Positions 34,715-49,700 of a stretch of DNA of 64,000 bases are shown in pieces (the first letter of the stretch is position 1; each line of letters opens with the position of its first letter). Source of the stretch: Botryllus schlosseri. Taxonomy: Eukaryota. Position numbers and translations under genes: made by a program. The notes below the pieces were generated by a model. It searched no databases. It saw only the letters and a program-made list of their open reading frames with translations, and was not told the origin of the DNA. The DNA lies in assembly GCA_051294905.1 (NCBI GenBank), contig CM119378.1, positions 434,001-498,000 of the forward strand, read 5' to 3'.

Positions 34715-37700
34715 GTATCGGTCACACGTTTTGTTTGAACTTTGAAGTCTTGATTAGATTACGATGTTATATTTTCGCTTTCCTGATCTAACTCCACAAC
34801 AACGAGGACATTCTCATATCGGTTCACCCAGTCCATGCCGTTTATGAATAATATTTTATTACATTCGTCTCCGCTTAATAAGGTGGGTTTTGTTGTGCTT
34901 ATTTGGTCGACTTTGTGTACGAAAGACAGTGGCTAAAGTTGTGCGGGAAAATCAATGATTCACTTCGTGGTCATGTGTAAACGTATAAAGGCACATAACA
35001 CATTCAAAATACAGTACTATGAAGTAGTAAATTATTGCAGCTGTGCTGGAGGGATCGCCATAGCACAGATTGCTTGAAACACACATTTGTTATACCTTCG
35101 GGGTTCAGCCTTCAGGTTAGTTGTATTGTGCAGTTTTCGATACCAAACCATTGCACAACTATACTGTATTACTGCATATGTGTAAGACACGCATATATGG
35201 TTAGAGTAGTAGGATACTTTTTGATATCCCCAATAACTGTCAAACCGCTAACTGACTGTTCGAATTAGCCGGGTACTATTACTTGTAATTTTTTTCACTG
35301 GTTGGAGGGAAGTATGAAGCAGGCTTAGGATTCTGATGGGGTGTGGCTTGACTAATAATCGATTTGGCTTTACAGGAACCCCTAGAGCAGGGACGGCCAA
35401 CCCGTGGCCCGCGAGGTAATTGTCGAAATTAGTTATAATACCCAAAAAATAAATTACCCAGGTAATTTATTGTGTACTTGCAACACCAGCCAAAAATTTG
35501 ATTAGTCTGACCGCAAAATTAAGGATTTTTTTGACCAAAATATCAGTTCCGACGCATTGTTGTAGCCAGAGGCCAGTCACATTTTTTGTAAATCTTCGTA
35601 TATGACGATGAAGTAGAATACTTCGTGGCAGATTTATATGACTTGACATTTTTCTTTGCACTTCACGCGATTTATTGTAACTCGATTTCGATGAAACCTT
35701 TGCAAAAAATGATATACACATGTTCACCGAAATCTTCAATATTTATATGCCCTAGCGCCGAATAATCCTGTCCTTGACAAATGAACCCAGCTGTATCCAC
35801 TCGCGACCCGCAATATATGCAAGTAACCGAATTCATTCATTACCTTTGAAAATTTTTCGCGCTGGGTGCGGCTAGCTTGTGTATGTATGATGTCATGATT
35901 TTTATCCATTTTGATGCATATTAATATTAGTCTTGTTTTCACCGTTACCTAATCCGGCTCGAACCTATCAGATGACTTAAAAAAAAAGGTCATCAACATT
36001 CAAGTATCCCGCGCGATGGTTCGTGAATCACATGTTGCCCTTTAGCCGAAAAGGTTGCCCCCCCCCCCCCCGCCCTGCCCGAGAGGCACATCTGTTGCAT
36101 TTCACAGCAGATATAACACTTCCCTATGTTAAGAGAGGTATAGTCACAGACTGTGACCGGGGTAATGAATATATATTATTGAAATAAAATATTCGTTCTT
36201 AACCTGGCGAACCCTTACGCTAACCTGCCTTTGACGAACCCCAAATGGCCTAGTGACCTCCAGCAAATCCCTGGACTTCATGTGAACCTTGTTCAGGAAC
36301 TACTGTAATAGTGTATTAAAAGCTGTGTAGGGTATAAATCCATCCACCATTGCCAAGAATCTTCAATCACCACTACTTCCAGATTTAACACATGAACCGT
36401 GTATTTTTCCAAGATTTTTCATTACACAGCTCCAGCAATCATATTTTTGTATCTTGATATAGAAATGATTAATTATAATTTTAGTAATATATCTCGTCCT
36501 TTGTATTATATTATCCACTATTAGATCGCATTGTTTCGCGTAGTGCATCCAATCAATCTTTTCAATAGGCCTATCACCTGAAATTTGAATTCTAAGTTTG
36601 AATTTTTGCAGTTTCATGAATGAATTTTCTCTCTCCTCCATATGTATATAGGCCTACCATAAGTAACAGGAGGAAAATTGCGCAACAGTAACATACATAC
36701 ACATCTTAAAATTTTCCATTCATATTTTGCAGACTTGCAACGCCTGGTTGAGCATGACCGATCGAGCGTGACCTCATCTTGGATTGGCGGATTCTCTCCT
36801 GGATTGCAATCAGGTTGGTTTTCTAGCTGGTGACACGATCGTTGATATACAACGCTCTTTCTAATTCTATACTAGTCTATGACGATTAGGCTACCCATGA
36901 CAAGTGCTGGCTGAGGGCGAAAATAAACGAGTTTATTTCAATATCAATATCATTCAATTGTATATGAACTTTTGTAGGTGCACTGAGCGAATTAATTGCT
37001 GTTTTCTGAGTATGTGGATAACTGATCTATTTTTCACTTCAACCAATTTTTACGCTACGAGTTGTCGATTAATCAATGAAATAATAATCAAAACGTTTCC
37101 TTGATCTTTGTTGTATGTTATGTAATCATGAAGTTTATGTTTCAGACTCAAGTCCCGACGTGGAGTCGCAGTATCCCGCTTTATCTAGATATCAGCCGCA
37201 TATCCCAGTGAGTAATGAGTTGGGTTGGCTACAATGATTTGAGTACTGAAATAATACGCTCCTTGCCACTAAGAGTTCATTTGTCAACGAGAATTATAGT
37301 TCCGATACTATTTCCCGCTGAGGAAGGCTTGAAACCTTGATTGGCCGTATCGCAGCATACGAAACATGGCCTATAGTACAAAGCTACACATGTTAATGAA
37401 GCGACATATCTGTCATGTCCTGATCAGCCACAGCATTGCCGCAAAGTGCAATGAAATAGGTATAGTCGAAAAAATACAAAATTATTTTCATATGACACAG
37501 TACTGGCATTTTCTTTGTGCTCGCATAAAACGTACATATTTGAATCGTCCACGTTACTCAAACTGCTATGACGTCACACTAGAATACTATATTTCGAATC
37601 GAATCACTGAGGTACTCGATTTTGCCCAGTCCTAGTAACGAAGTCGCTTACTTTTTGAGAGATATTTCTACATTCCATGTTTCAGACTTTTCAACGAACC

Positions 37701-40700
37701 GCGGATTCTCCGATCAAAAATCTTTCTCTGCAAAGCTCACCAAAGTTCGAAGATTCGACTTCAGACGAGCTTTCGATCGAAAACCGACCATCGGCATCGT
37801 TACATCATAATGTAGATGAAGTGTTGCCTCCGTTTCGCGTTAAAAACATGGAGGATTCGTGTTCAGTTAGACGCGAGGATGACGTCAGAATGTTGAACGT
37901 GGAGAGTTCGAGTGACTGCGGTCGAAGAATCGTCTGCAAGAGGAAAGTGAGAAGGTCGGTTGCTTCTCTTCTGAGTTGTATGTACTTTTGTGTTATCTTC
38001 TGTAACTTTTCGTTTGCTGTGCACCAGACTTGTACAAACTACCAATGTAGTTAGTTGACAATCAACTAACTACTGATTTTTTGAGTAGATCTAGTTCTAG
38101 TTGCGCATTACAAAAACTGAGTTGCCAAACAACTAGAAATCACATGTTGTCTGTCGCATGGCTCTGTTGTGTGATGTTCTTACAGCCATTGCTAGCTCAG
38201 AGTCATCACTACCAGGGCTTTGGAGCCGGAGCCCCGGAGCCGTGCATTTTCACCGGAGCTGGAGCCGTAGCCGGAGCTCTACATAAAATTTAGCCGGAGC
38301 CGGAGCTGGAGCCCGTTATTTGAGGAGTAGCTCCGGCTCCGACCTATTTCATAAGATGCTATTATATATGCAACAACAACATCTGCTGATTTATCATAAT
38401 TGAACAGCAGGCCTGAATTTTAATGCTGTGCACAGCAATGGCATGGAGTAAATTGCGTTCTAGTGCAACTATGATGTTGTCGACAATTGACAAGTATTCA
38501 GTATGAAGTCACAAGCCGGCACGGCGGCACCTATATGTCTTTGTTGCTATATCGGATGTTACTGACGGCTGACGGACTCTAGATTACTATTGATAACTAA
38601 CCTATTATTAGATTAGCAATCTATATATACCAGGAATGGCCAACCTTTTCGGCTAAAGGGGTACATGCAATTGACGAAAGAGTGCGCGGTCCACTAGCCA
38701 CGCCAAGCGGGGAAAATTTTCTAAGTTTATAAATAAACTAGGTGAGTATTGCGGGTCTATTGTATACCACCCGCTAGGCTCAGTTTGCAAGGACACGACT
38801 ATTCGGCGTCTGGACACACCGATATCGAAGGTCTCCGATAATATGCGACAATAATTTTGTGCCTACATTTCACCGTCGACGATTTTATGCGAGCGCAAAC
38901 GCGAAGACTTTCTTCCGTAATTGCGAATACAGTTAGACGCAATCGGGTAAATTAGGCGTTTTTTTCATTTTCAGTAGGGGGTAGGCTACCAAGCAAGAAA
39001 TCGTGTGACAATTAAACACGCGAAGCGTGAAGAAAAATTTCGCTACTATTTTAGTTTATTGTAATGTCCGACGATTTACAGAAAATGTGACTGGACCCTC
39101 GATCTCCCAATGCGTCGGAACTGATATTTTAGTCATCAACATCCCAAGTGTCGCAGCCAGAATTGTAATTTTTGGTTGGCATTGCAAGTTCACAATCTGA
39201 GCAATTCATTTTCGATAATATAATAGGACATTACCTCGCGGGCCACGCAAAACCCTCTCGTGGGTCACATTTGCGGGCCACCCCTGATATAGACAGGACC
39301 ATTCGATAATTTCAGAGCCGGAGCAGTGGTTATAATGCGGCTCCGGAGCTGGAGCCGGAGCTAATGTATGATAGAAGAGAGCTCCGGAGCCGGAGCTGGA
39401 GCAGTTTAAATTTACGGCTGCTCCAAAGCCCTGATCACTACTACCAGTGGCGTAGCCAGTGAGTGAGATTTGGTGGTCAAAATCCCTCCCATTTCAAACT
39501 AGAAACCCCATCCTTTTGAAATGCGGGTTCTATCTCCGATAATTCTGTGCTCATTTGAAATTCAGTGATTCGGTATCAGTTGCGTCGGAATTAAGTCTGG
39601 CTGTGTTTTAGTTCGATGCGGATTTTTCAAAGTCCTGGTTTCTAGTTCTAGTTGGGTGGGAGTTTTGAAAAGTTCTGGTTGCGGATTCGGAAAAGTGAAT
39701 TTTATAGTTCTAGTTGCGTATTTTAAATAGTTTTACGGTAGTCTAGTTCAGATTTTTGAAAAGTGAGTTGTTCTAGTTCTAGTTGCGGATTCTGAATAGT
39801 CAAAAGTTTTAGTTCTAGTTTCGACTTTTGAAAAGTGAGTAGTTCTAGTTACGGATTTTGTATAGTGAATAGTTTTAGTTCTAGTTGCGAATTTTGAAAA
39901 GTGGGTAGCTCTAGTTTTAATTGCGCAGTTTGAAAATCCATTAGTTTGTGCATGTGCAAGTCTGAATTAGATCGGATGAATAGTGCAATAAATGATCGAT
40001 TGTCGAACTGAAATTGCTTCATTTCAAAGAAAACAGGACAACGGCGAGTCGGCAGTTTTCGACGAGTCGCTGATAACGGACGGAGAATCCTCGTATCGTA
40101 TTCATGACGCGACCCTTGACGATTTATCAATCGATTACGATTCGGCCCGAAATCGACCCGTATTTCCAGACAGACCTCACACGGCGCGTTCCGAGGTACG
40201 ATGCTTTACTTCGAGTTTCGGACGATCCGTTTCAAGGAATATTTGTTTCAGAGTTGCGGACGGTCTCGGGATTCGGAATCGGTCAGAGAACAACAGTTGC
40301 CTTCCTGTGAGATGATTCACGATTTTTTTATCAACAGCTTTTATTTGTTTGATATGCAACCAGACTCGGGCAGCTAGAAAATTGTCCGATTTCACCAGTG
40401 GTTCCCATGGTGGTCGAAAAAAGGTGTAGAAGCAATATGCAGACAAAACTAGCTGAATACTAGGGAAAAGTAGACGGATGCCCTTACTGATGACCTCTAT
40501 CCTTTAGGTGGCAATACGGATAATTATTTTAATCTCGATAAAGGGGTATGAGTCAAACACGCTGCACAACCCCTGAATTAGACTAATTAGAGCAGAAAGG
40601 GCTGTGATCTAATTTGTGAAATGCTCCTGTGCTCTTATACTAATTCCCATCTCATTTCTGTTCTTCCTGAAAATGCTCCAGGAGAACTGCATAGTGCGAA

Positions 40701-43700
40701 ACGACCTAAGTTTTGGTGCACAGACATTTGCCATTCTCGTGCTAATGATTTAATAGCAACTGAATTTGATTTTTGTCAAGTTTCTTTTCAATTAGGAATT
40801 CAATTCAGTATTCAAGTTTTTGCGGATACAGTAATTCTAATATAATTTGGAAAAGCTGAAAATTTTCTGTCTCCAACCAGTAGTTTTCAATCTTTTAAGC
40901 TTGCAGAAGAGAGAAATTTGAAAGATCCAAGTTGTGTAAAAATGTATTTACGACACATGTAGTGAGAATTTTTCCGCTGTCTTTTTCACATCACGTCTGT
41001 CGATCTATTGAAGTTCCCGAAATGCAAAGTCCTGTTAAAGCCGTCGCATTTTGCCAAATTTGGTTTGCTTGTTTTCTTAGCTTTTGCATACTACTGGTCT
41101 TCAATGAGTTGTAGATTTCGTTTTAACGGTTTGTTGTAATTCTGGCAGCACTTACACGTTTAAAGTAGACTACAGGGTTGTAATGACTCTAGTCACGATT
41201 TTTGATGACTCAACTTGGACTCGAACTTGACTCGGGGGTGAATTAAAAAAGACTCCACTCGACTCAAGTCAAAACTCTAAAAGTGACATTAACTTGTGAC
41301 TCAAAACCTTGCGACTTGGTTACAACCCTGGTAAACCATGAACTCTGAATGCACCACGTCAGAAAGCGGTCACATTTTTAAATCATTTTAATATAGATGT
41401 TTTATATCTTTAAATAGTGAAAGTCGTCTTACGTCTTATGTTTTGAATAATAGTTTCATATTGAAATAACCAGACAGCGGGAATATTTGAGGATATTTCA
41501 ATGTGAATATTATATTCATTTGTATATTGAAGTTCTGTACGATCAAGTATGTCTTGCATCTTGCAATTGACAATAAAATTGTAATATATTCTCTGGACGA
41601 CCCTGACAGTTGACGTGTACTTTTAATTTTTGTTTTCTCGTTAGACATTCGTCCAAACACGAGTCATCCGCACACCAGGAACCTCCGGAAGATCGATCGC
41701 GTCAACAGGTGAGCGACCCAGAATCGGTGTCGGGACGTGTAACTTTGAAACTTGTGTTCAGACATCAGCAGTATCGGGATGCGTGGAACACGGTGAAGGC
41801 CCCGGGAGAGAAGAGCCACAATGCCCTGAGATGGGAAGTGAAAGCGCAGATGATGTTCAAGGACGAGCCGCAGCCGGTTTGTTGCTTTTATGTCTAGAAG
41901 ATGTAGTCTAGTTTAAGATGGGTGCCGCCATTTTGTCATGCTAATTAGGAAACAAATCTCGACTCATAGATATAATTCTTGACTCGAATTGTCGCCAAAG
42001 TAATCCAAATACAAGTAAGAGTAACGCTGTGAATTTCTACTCAGTTGCAAGTAGAAATAGCAATTTAAAAAACTGCTTGGAGTGAAAAAATAAATCTTCT
42101 GAAAGGTACTCGAAGGAGTAGTTTTCGAAAGTAGATTTGGTCTACGGTAGGGTTATCACACGTCCTCCTTTTTCAGTAAAGCAAAAACGTCCTCCTTTCT
42201 ATAAATCCGTCCTTTATCTTTGGTGCCCGATCTAAAAAAACGCCATAAATGACGCGAAATCTGTAATGCGTACGTTTGAGCGGGTATTTCATAAGTAGGT
42301 CTGGAAAAATGACATTTTTTTTAGTCAACACCACAGCACTTCGGGAGTTAGACGGAAAGATGACCTTTTATTTTGTCAATTCAACAAAATTTCTAGTACA
42401 CACTTAAAGATCGGCACTTTTCTAGTCAGGTAATCTCACTTTAATAATTTGTTATAAGTGTCCTTTCCGGACTCCAAAATATGGCAACCCAAGTCTAGGC
42501 TTCGCATGCTTTTCGCAGTTGGAGAATGATGATTACAAATGCGTGCGGCCACAATCAGTAGCTATCCAGTACCGCAAACACAATGTGTTTTTACTTAGTA
42601 TTGGGTATCGCGACAATGGGTTGCTGATTAAAACATCGATTTTTTTACTGCATTGTTGCATTTCCCGATTTACGTTCGCAAAGCATAATTGGAATAATAT
42701 TATGGGCACTGGAATAAATTCCAACTAGCAGGCACACACGATAAAACACTGTTCAACTTTGCGCTCCGAGAATATTTATCACAAAAATGCTACACAAAAT
42801 ATTTCAAACGCGGCTTGCGGTCCTCATCGATGCAAATAATGCACTTGAATTTTTAGAAGGTGAACGTATATTTCGTCGTCAACTCGCGATACGAGATGGT
42901 GTTACTCGGAGGGCGCGATGAAATCTACGATTCTAACGATGAGGTCGAATTTATACATCTAATAAAGATCGTTAGTTGGCTGAAATCAGCATCAGTACGC
43001 TGTGCGAAATACATAGTGGTGATCAATTTTATCGAACTGTCCAATCCGCCGGCAAGGTTGTGCTGATAACGAAATTGCAGACATGCCGCAAACCCGCAAT
43101 AATTACAATTACACGGTGCGCTGGTCATATCTAAATTACCAGATTCGGCAATGGCAACGAGCACAATTTGTTTAGACGCGGGCATAAGTTTTAATCAAAA
43201 GATACATAAATACAAACAATATTACACTCAGAGATTGTTACTGTTTGGCGAACGTTTTTCTGCGGACGGTAGCAGGCCTGCATGCGGACGCGCTAAATGA
43301 AACCACCGACGATAGTGCACATGAGATATCGATTACTTATTTCACATACGAATGATTCTCGCTAATTTGCAGTACGCAGCATCGATAATACGTAGGCCCC
43401 GATTAGCCAGTCGAATTTGATCGTAAAATGGTGCGCTATTATTATCCAACGTGTTATTGCAGCAAGAGCAATATGGGCGCATGCCGCGATCTTATCAATA
43501 GAAATACAAATCCCAAAGGTTTGAAATTCGATCCGCGATACGATTGCGCACAAACTAATCGAATGAATTCAGAATTTGCGCCACCGAAAATCTTGTTTTG
43601 ATCTCGTGTCGTATTAATAACAAATGAAACACTGTCAAGTGACACCGAGGGAATACGAGTATATAAAGCAGACAAGAATTAGTAGCCTACAGATGATAGC

Positions 43701-46700
43701 AAACGGTAAAACGCGCATCTAATCAGTAATTCCTCTACTTGCGTACAGCACAATGGGGTTCAGAGTCTGACATCCCTACAATTGTTTACTCATTATATAG
43801 ACGTTTGAGCTGCATTATTGCATTTTCCGATAAAAGTTGACAAAGCCTTGTTAGAGTAATGAATATGCGCACTTTGTGCTGGAATGACTTTCAATTTGCA
43901 GGCATACACAAACACACTGTCCTATTTCGCGCTCCAAGCCACCAATTAAAGAGACTATCACGGAACCAACTCAAGAATTATTTTGTAAACGAATATGGGC
44001 CCAAATGCAATTTAACTAAGAGTGAATTTGCCCGTCTGGTCGAGAGAGAAGATGGTGTTTCTCAGCGCAAACATGCCGAAAACGACGCCGTAGACGAGGT
44101 TACTTCGATTGTATGATTACTAATCAAATCACGGATTACAATCTACAATCGTCGCCGGCGAAGCTGCGTATTAAATTATTCCCGCGCGTATCGGTAAATG
44201 GTAAATAGTTGGCATTTACGCGATATCACGGACTCGCTAATTGACAGACCGCGGGCGTTTGAGCATTTTGTATGGGCTGCGCCACCCCGTAACTCGGCGC
44301 CTATGTACAGGACCGTAACTGCCGCACCCCCTACCGCCCAATTTGGGGGAGACCGGGGTCGAAGGGGGGCCCAAAATTAATTCGTAAATTAGCACAAATT
44401 TATTAATTATTATTTTTTGAAAATTTACGCAACTTTTTTAACAATTTTTTGCGCTAATTGGGATTTCAAGCTGCCTAATATCTTGATTTTTGGCAACTTT
44501 TCTCCCAACAAAAAATAAACAATATTCATAGAAATGGGCATATCGGCGTTGACCATTACCGCGCCACGACAACTAAAGTTTTAGGCCATGTAACATGAGC
44601 CTCCAAGAAGTGTGCCAGAACGATCGGCAGCGAGAAAACCTTGGCTGAAAAGGACTGCCATTATGCTGCCCTGGTTATATAGCATCAATTCATTAGGGTC
44701 AAGTACATGCGTGAATAACGATTATTCAAGATCCCCGTGTTGACGATTATACCCGTATGATAAGCTTGTTGACGAGTGCGGAATTGCTGTTAAAATTAGC
44801 GACTACCTGATCTGTCGCGAACAATTAAATACGCGCGCTTGTCAACGCGTCTTACGTCTTACTTAGCCTCGTCAAAATGTACGAGTTTTTATGGAATATG
44901 TGCTATAATGTCGCCGATTTCAGGTGGTTCAAAACCTACCCCTTTTATAACTCAAGCCTTGACACACAGCTTCTTATGGTTACGTTCAAGTATTAGCGGA
45001 AATCCATTACGCCTGTACGTGTACGGTGTACGCACGCGTCGCACATGTTTGCGGACATTTGATGTCATTCATGGAGTCATGGGAAAGCGGAAAAGATTGT
45101 CGTTTATCCAGATATATTGGAATCGTTTGCACACCAGACCAATAAGCTAAAAGAATATCTCCTTTAGAGAGACGAACACGATTCTCCAAATTCGATTTGA
45201 ACAAGCCATTTGTGGTACAGAACTTCAGAATAACGCGAAACAATAACTTCATATTGTTAATTTATTCGCTAAAAGCTGTTCGACTGACTCTCATCAGTAG
45301 CGAACGTCAGGGATCAGGATATGTAGAAATGAGAAGGATGAATGTTACTGAAAAACCACACACAAGCTGTTGTCTACGAAAGCGATCTTCCAGTCCTAGA
45401 AAGAACCTAATCCGCGGCGATGCAGGCAGAGAATTCCGCGCCTCAGCAAACAAATGCAACAATACACAATGGTAGATGACCTGTCGCTTCATGAATGTCC
45501 GCAATGTTAGATCATCGCAATACCGTTAATAAAACCGTCCGCCCCCGTGTATGGCGTAAATATCAACAACGTCACACCACTACCCATCATCAGTAATCCA
45601 ATTATTAACTGGTGCACATGCCTGAAGACTTCAGGATGAAGTCTGATGTTTCATTACTTGAAAATATTTGCTTTGGCTACTACAGTGTGTCAATGAGCTT
45701 GCGAGATATTATATATGCGGCGAGCTATACTTGAATGGTTTGAGCTATAGCCTATTGATAGTACGGCTAGTGATTACAGGTAGCACGGTGTTATTTCGTC
45801 TTTACAGCCAGTATATAATCATAACATAATGCGTTGACGTAATTGAAGGCGATACTAGACAACCAACATCACATCTTTAAACCCGCGGATTGCCACTCAT
45901 CAGCTGTTAATCCATCGAGTAATAAAGACTCGAAACTGAGCAAAGCTCGAAATCTTCAGCGAATAGCAAACGCTCTCTCACATTGAGCCGGCCTCAGCCT
46001 GTGCTCCGTCAAACACATGTCTCAATATGTCGTTTGCGTGATATCATTTGGCGTGCCACAAATGGCACGCGTGCCGGGTTCGCCAACCCCTGAACTAGGC
46101 CTGTTGCAGATGCGATTGTGTAGGCCAGCGATGAAAATCGTGCCCACCGGCCCTATTGCAGATGCGATTATACAAGCCAGAAGAACTAGGCTTGTTGGAG
46201 ACGCGATAAATCAGGCTGGCAACGCTTGCCGAACGCTCGGCAATGAATGACCTAATTCCGCAATCATATCAGCGGAAGATCGTGCCGCGTTACATTGTGT
46301 AGTGCAGAGGTCTCAAACTCAAATGTGCTCGCGGGCCAATTTCCTACATTGTGATGGCGCCGCGGGCCGCATCACCAATAATAGGGGAATTCAATGTATT
46401 TCCAAGTAGGCCTTACTTGACGGGACCTTGCAGACTGACATTCCACACGCATCGTAAAAATGTTATTTACTATTGTGAATTCATGCTTGGCACGAAAAAA
46501 AAAACTTTTGGATATTTGAATAAAATTGTTGCTGTATACTTGGAATAGTTTGTCAAAATAATTAGCTGTAGACACCCTGCGAGCGTAAAAAATGCATCAG
46601 GACATCGTAAAAGCTGTCACGTTATAATTTTGCAACTGGCGGACATTTGACGTGCCACAATTATAGGTAAAATGATCTGATATTGGAGCAGTACAGCCTA

Positions 46701-49700
46701 ATCCAGGTCTCGGATATACTCCTGAAGTCCTGATAACTAGGCTATTGATCATGTCATCACCAGACATGGGGTGATTACTTCATGAATGTAATCGATTGCG
46801 ATTACGATTACTTCTGAATCACACGATTACGATTACAGCAAAATCAGGAAGTAGTCGAATACGATTACGATTACATTGGAAAAGTAATCACGATAACTCA
46901 CGATTACATTTATTTTGCTTCTTAGAACTAATCTTACAAGATATATTGAAGACAATTCGAGGATGGCGTCGAAAAGGCCTAATGAGATAACAACAACTTC
47001 CTCAATAAATTATGCGCTATTTGCTCGTTGCGTCATAATGTGCCCATTGCCCAACTTAATAAGGGACGATTTATCGCATCCAACGATTTGCATTCTTGCC
47101 AGGTCCGTAACTGCCGCACCCCAAACTCCCCAATAGGGTGGTGAGAGCGCTCGAAGGGGACTCAAAAGTATTTGGTAAAACCAACATATATTATTGAGTA
47201 TTTTCGTGAGATCTGATTAACTTGGACATTTTTTTCGGGCTTCCCGATTTAACTGTCTCTTGATAGCTTGATTTTTAAATGCATACCTCACACCCTCATG
47301 AAAAAAGTATGCATAATTTACAGGAATTAGCATTTCGGTGCCGGTCATTACCGAGGCCACGACATACCAAAAGACATGCAGTTTCGGCCAACATGCGATT
47401 CCAAAAAGTGTATTACTAAAGAAAAGACCTTGGCCAAAACTTTCAGCATGTGACAACTGTCAATAGCCGCGCTGGGTGTGCGTGCCTAATAATCCTATCC
47501 TTAAAATCTGATCCCACAATACAAATGCCACCGGGGCCACCCACAGAGGAATAAATACAGGGCAATTATTTGTGCGTGCGTCTCACGAAAGTTTTTCTTT
47601 TCGTCATCTACGTTTGGGTGACTGCAACATCTTTTGACGTTATATATAGCAGACCGGAGGTCACGAATTAACAACATACGAAAAAGTAGTTACAACAACA
47701 TACCAGATGATATAATTATGAATTACGTGCCCTCAGCTCCACTGGTAAATCTGACTATCGGGGGCTCAGAGAGGCTTAGAAATGAATAGTAATATAATGC
47801 AATTACTAATACTATTGACAAGAATTCAGTCTTCAACTTGAAAATTGACCACTTTATTGGGGCCCAAGACCAACGTTCGGAGTGCGGGACGAATTGCTGT
47901 TTTGGTCCATATTCTAGCTACAACCCACGCTATCATGGCATATAAGAGGATGGCTATGGCAGCAGGTAAAGAATTGCGAAATAACGATTGGCGCCCGTTT
48001 AAGGTATAGGGTCATATGAGAATAAGATAAAGTGACCATAAAATTCTGCCTTCTACTTAATACAGATACTGCACGCTGCCGTTACGAGAAACGACAAAGA
48101 ACGGTTCGGTTATGAATTATGATATACATCAGCAGCTGTTGATTTTTAATGCTTCGTTGTGAAAATTGTCATGTTTTATTCGGCGAGTACAAAATTTCAA
48201 ATCTTTGCTCGGCGTACGTACGTACTAGGGATGGTGTGAGCCTCTGAAAGGTTCAGGCTCGTGTGAACGTGAACCTTTTTAAAAGGTTCTGTTTGAACAC
48301 GAATGTGAACCTTTTTTAAAGGGTCTGTGTGAACACGAACGTGAACCTCATGACGTCACGTGACGTCGTACTTTTAATTCCAACCCTACATTTTAGTGAA
48401 GTTATAGCCTATATTAATGTACACGATACCTATAGCGATGACTCCGGCAACATAATACCACTATGCTAAAGTACAAATTGACGTTTTAAACGTCGGCAAA
48501 TGTTTCAACTGGGGCAATCAAATGGTATAATAATCCCATAACATCAATATCTTCCGTCGCTTTGCCAACAATTTCGACGACGACTTGCAAGGGAATATAA
48601 GCTTACGCCTTAACGGTCCAGGCCAGCCCGACAATGTATTCGGCGTCCGAGTATTGTGACGTTAATATTGAGCAGAGTGTAAAACGGGATTATATACTTG
48701 CTACCGATATTACCCCATTAACGAATTACACGGCAGTAGCCAAAACCCCAATCCCACTGATTTTGTTTTTATGATACAATAAACATATGAAGTCAAGATT
48801 GACCACGTACACCTGCTAGATTTTTTACATTAGACAACGATATCAATTCCTTTGATTGGTCGAATAAGCATAATTCTCTAGCTACATGTAGTGCATCACG
48901 CTATTGATGTTGTGTCAATGCTGGTCAAGCTCACAGCAGAGAGTCACTAAATATTCACAAACGGAATGCTGGTTACTTCGAGCAAAAGTTTTGAAATTCT
49001 CAAGGTGCATGCTCGTTTAGTGTTGATTTTTGTTATGCTGCCAGCGCCATGCATTGAGTGACCAGCAGTTAAAATGCAATAAATTTCAACCAAAGCTGTT
49101 ATAATGAAGTGAAAACTGTAATATGTGAAAAAAGGTTTACAGCTCAGAACCTACAAAGGTTCGTTTGTGAACGTGAACCTCTAAATTTCTGAGGTTCAAC
49201 ACACACAGAACGCGAACGCGAACCTCACGTTCGCGCCATCCTTGATTCGTACTGCATAGGCCTGCTGCTGCTCGCCAAACACCAACAGACAAATTGCGTT
49301 TACCTATAAGCATAACCTTTAACCAAACATCAATATATAAGTTACCATTTGCAACTAGGCAGAATGGTGATTATTATCCCGCTGCGAGGTAGTGGCGTCT
49401 GGAGTGTTGCGATAACCTGATATATCGCACGGCAGGTGTTCTTACAATCACACTACAATGTACGTCGAATATCTATTTACATACAATTTATGGATACTTA
49501 CGCAATCATGAACGAAGCTAGCACTCCTGACGTAATAATTAGCAGTGGTGTTTCTAAATCAGACGTTTGTGCTATCATCAACCTGGTATAATGTCTTTTC
49601 CTTGTTCGCGAATGTTGAGTTTATGTCATAGTCCTTGTACAAATAAAAAGTAATTGCTCTTTCACAAAGAAATCGATTAGATATGGGAAGTAGTCGATTA

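Noticed and set aside
37313..37375. CTGAGGA...GAAACATG as another hammerhead (related sequence at 11550-11610)
   Set aside because: No convincing stem I or II, and the CUGA box is not conserved in the sister copy
45890..45910. CTGATGAG on the minus strand
   Set aside because: No GAAA or stems at the required spacing
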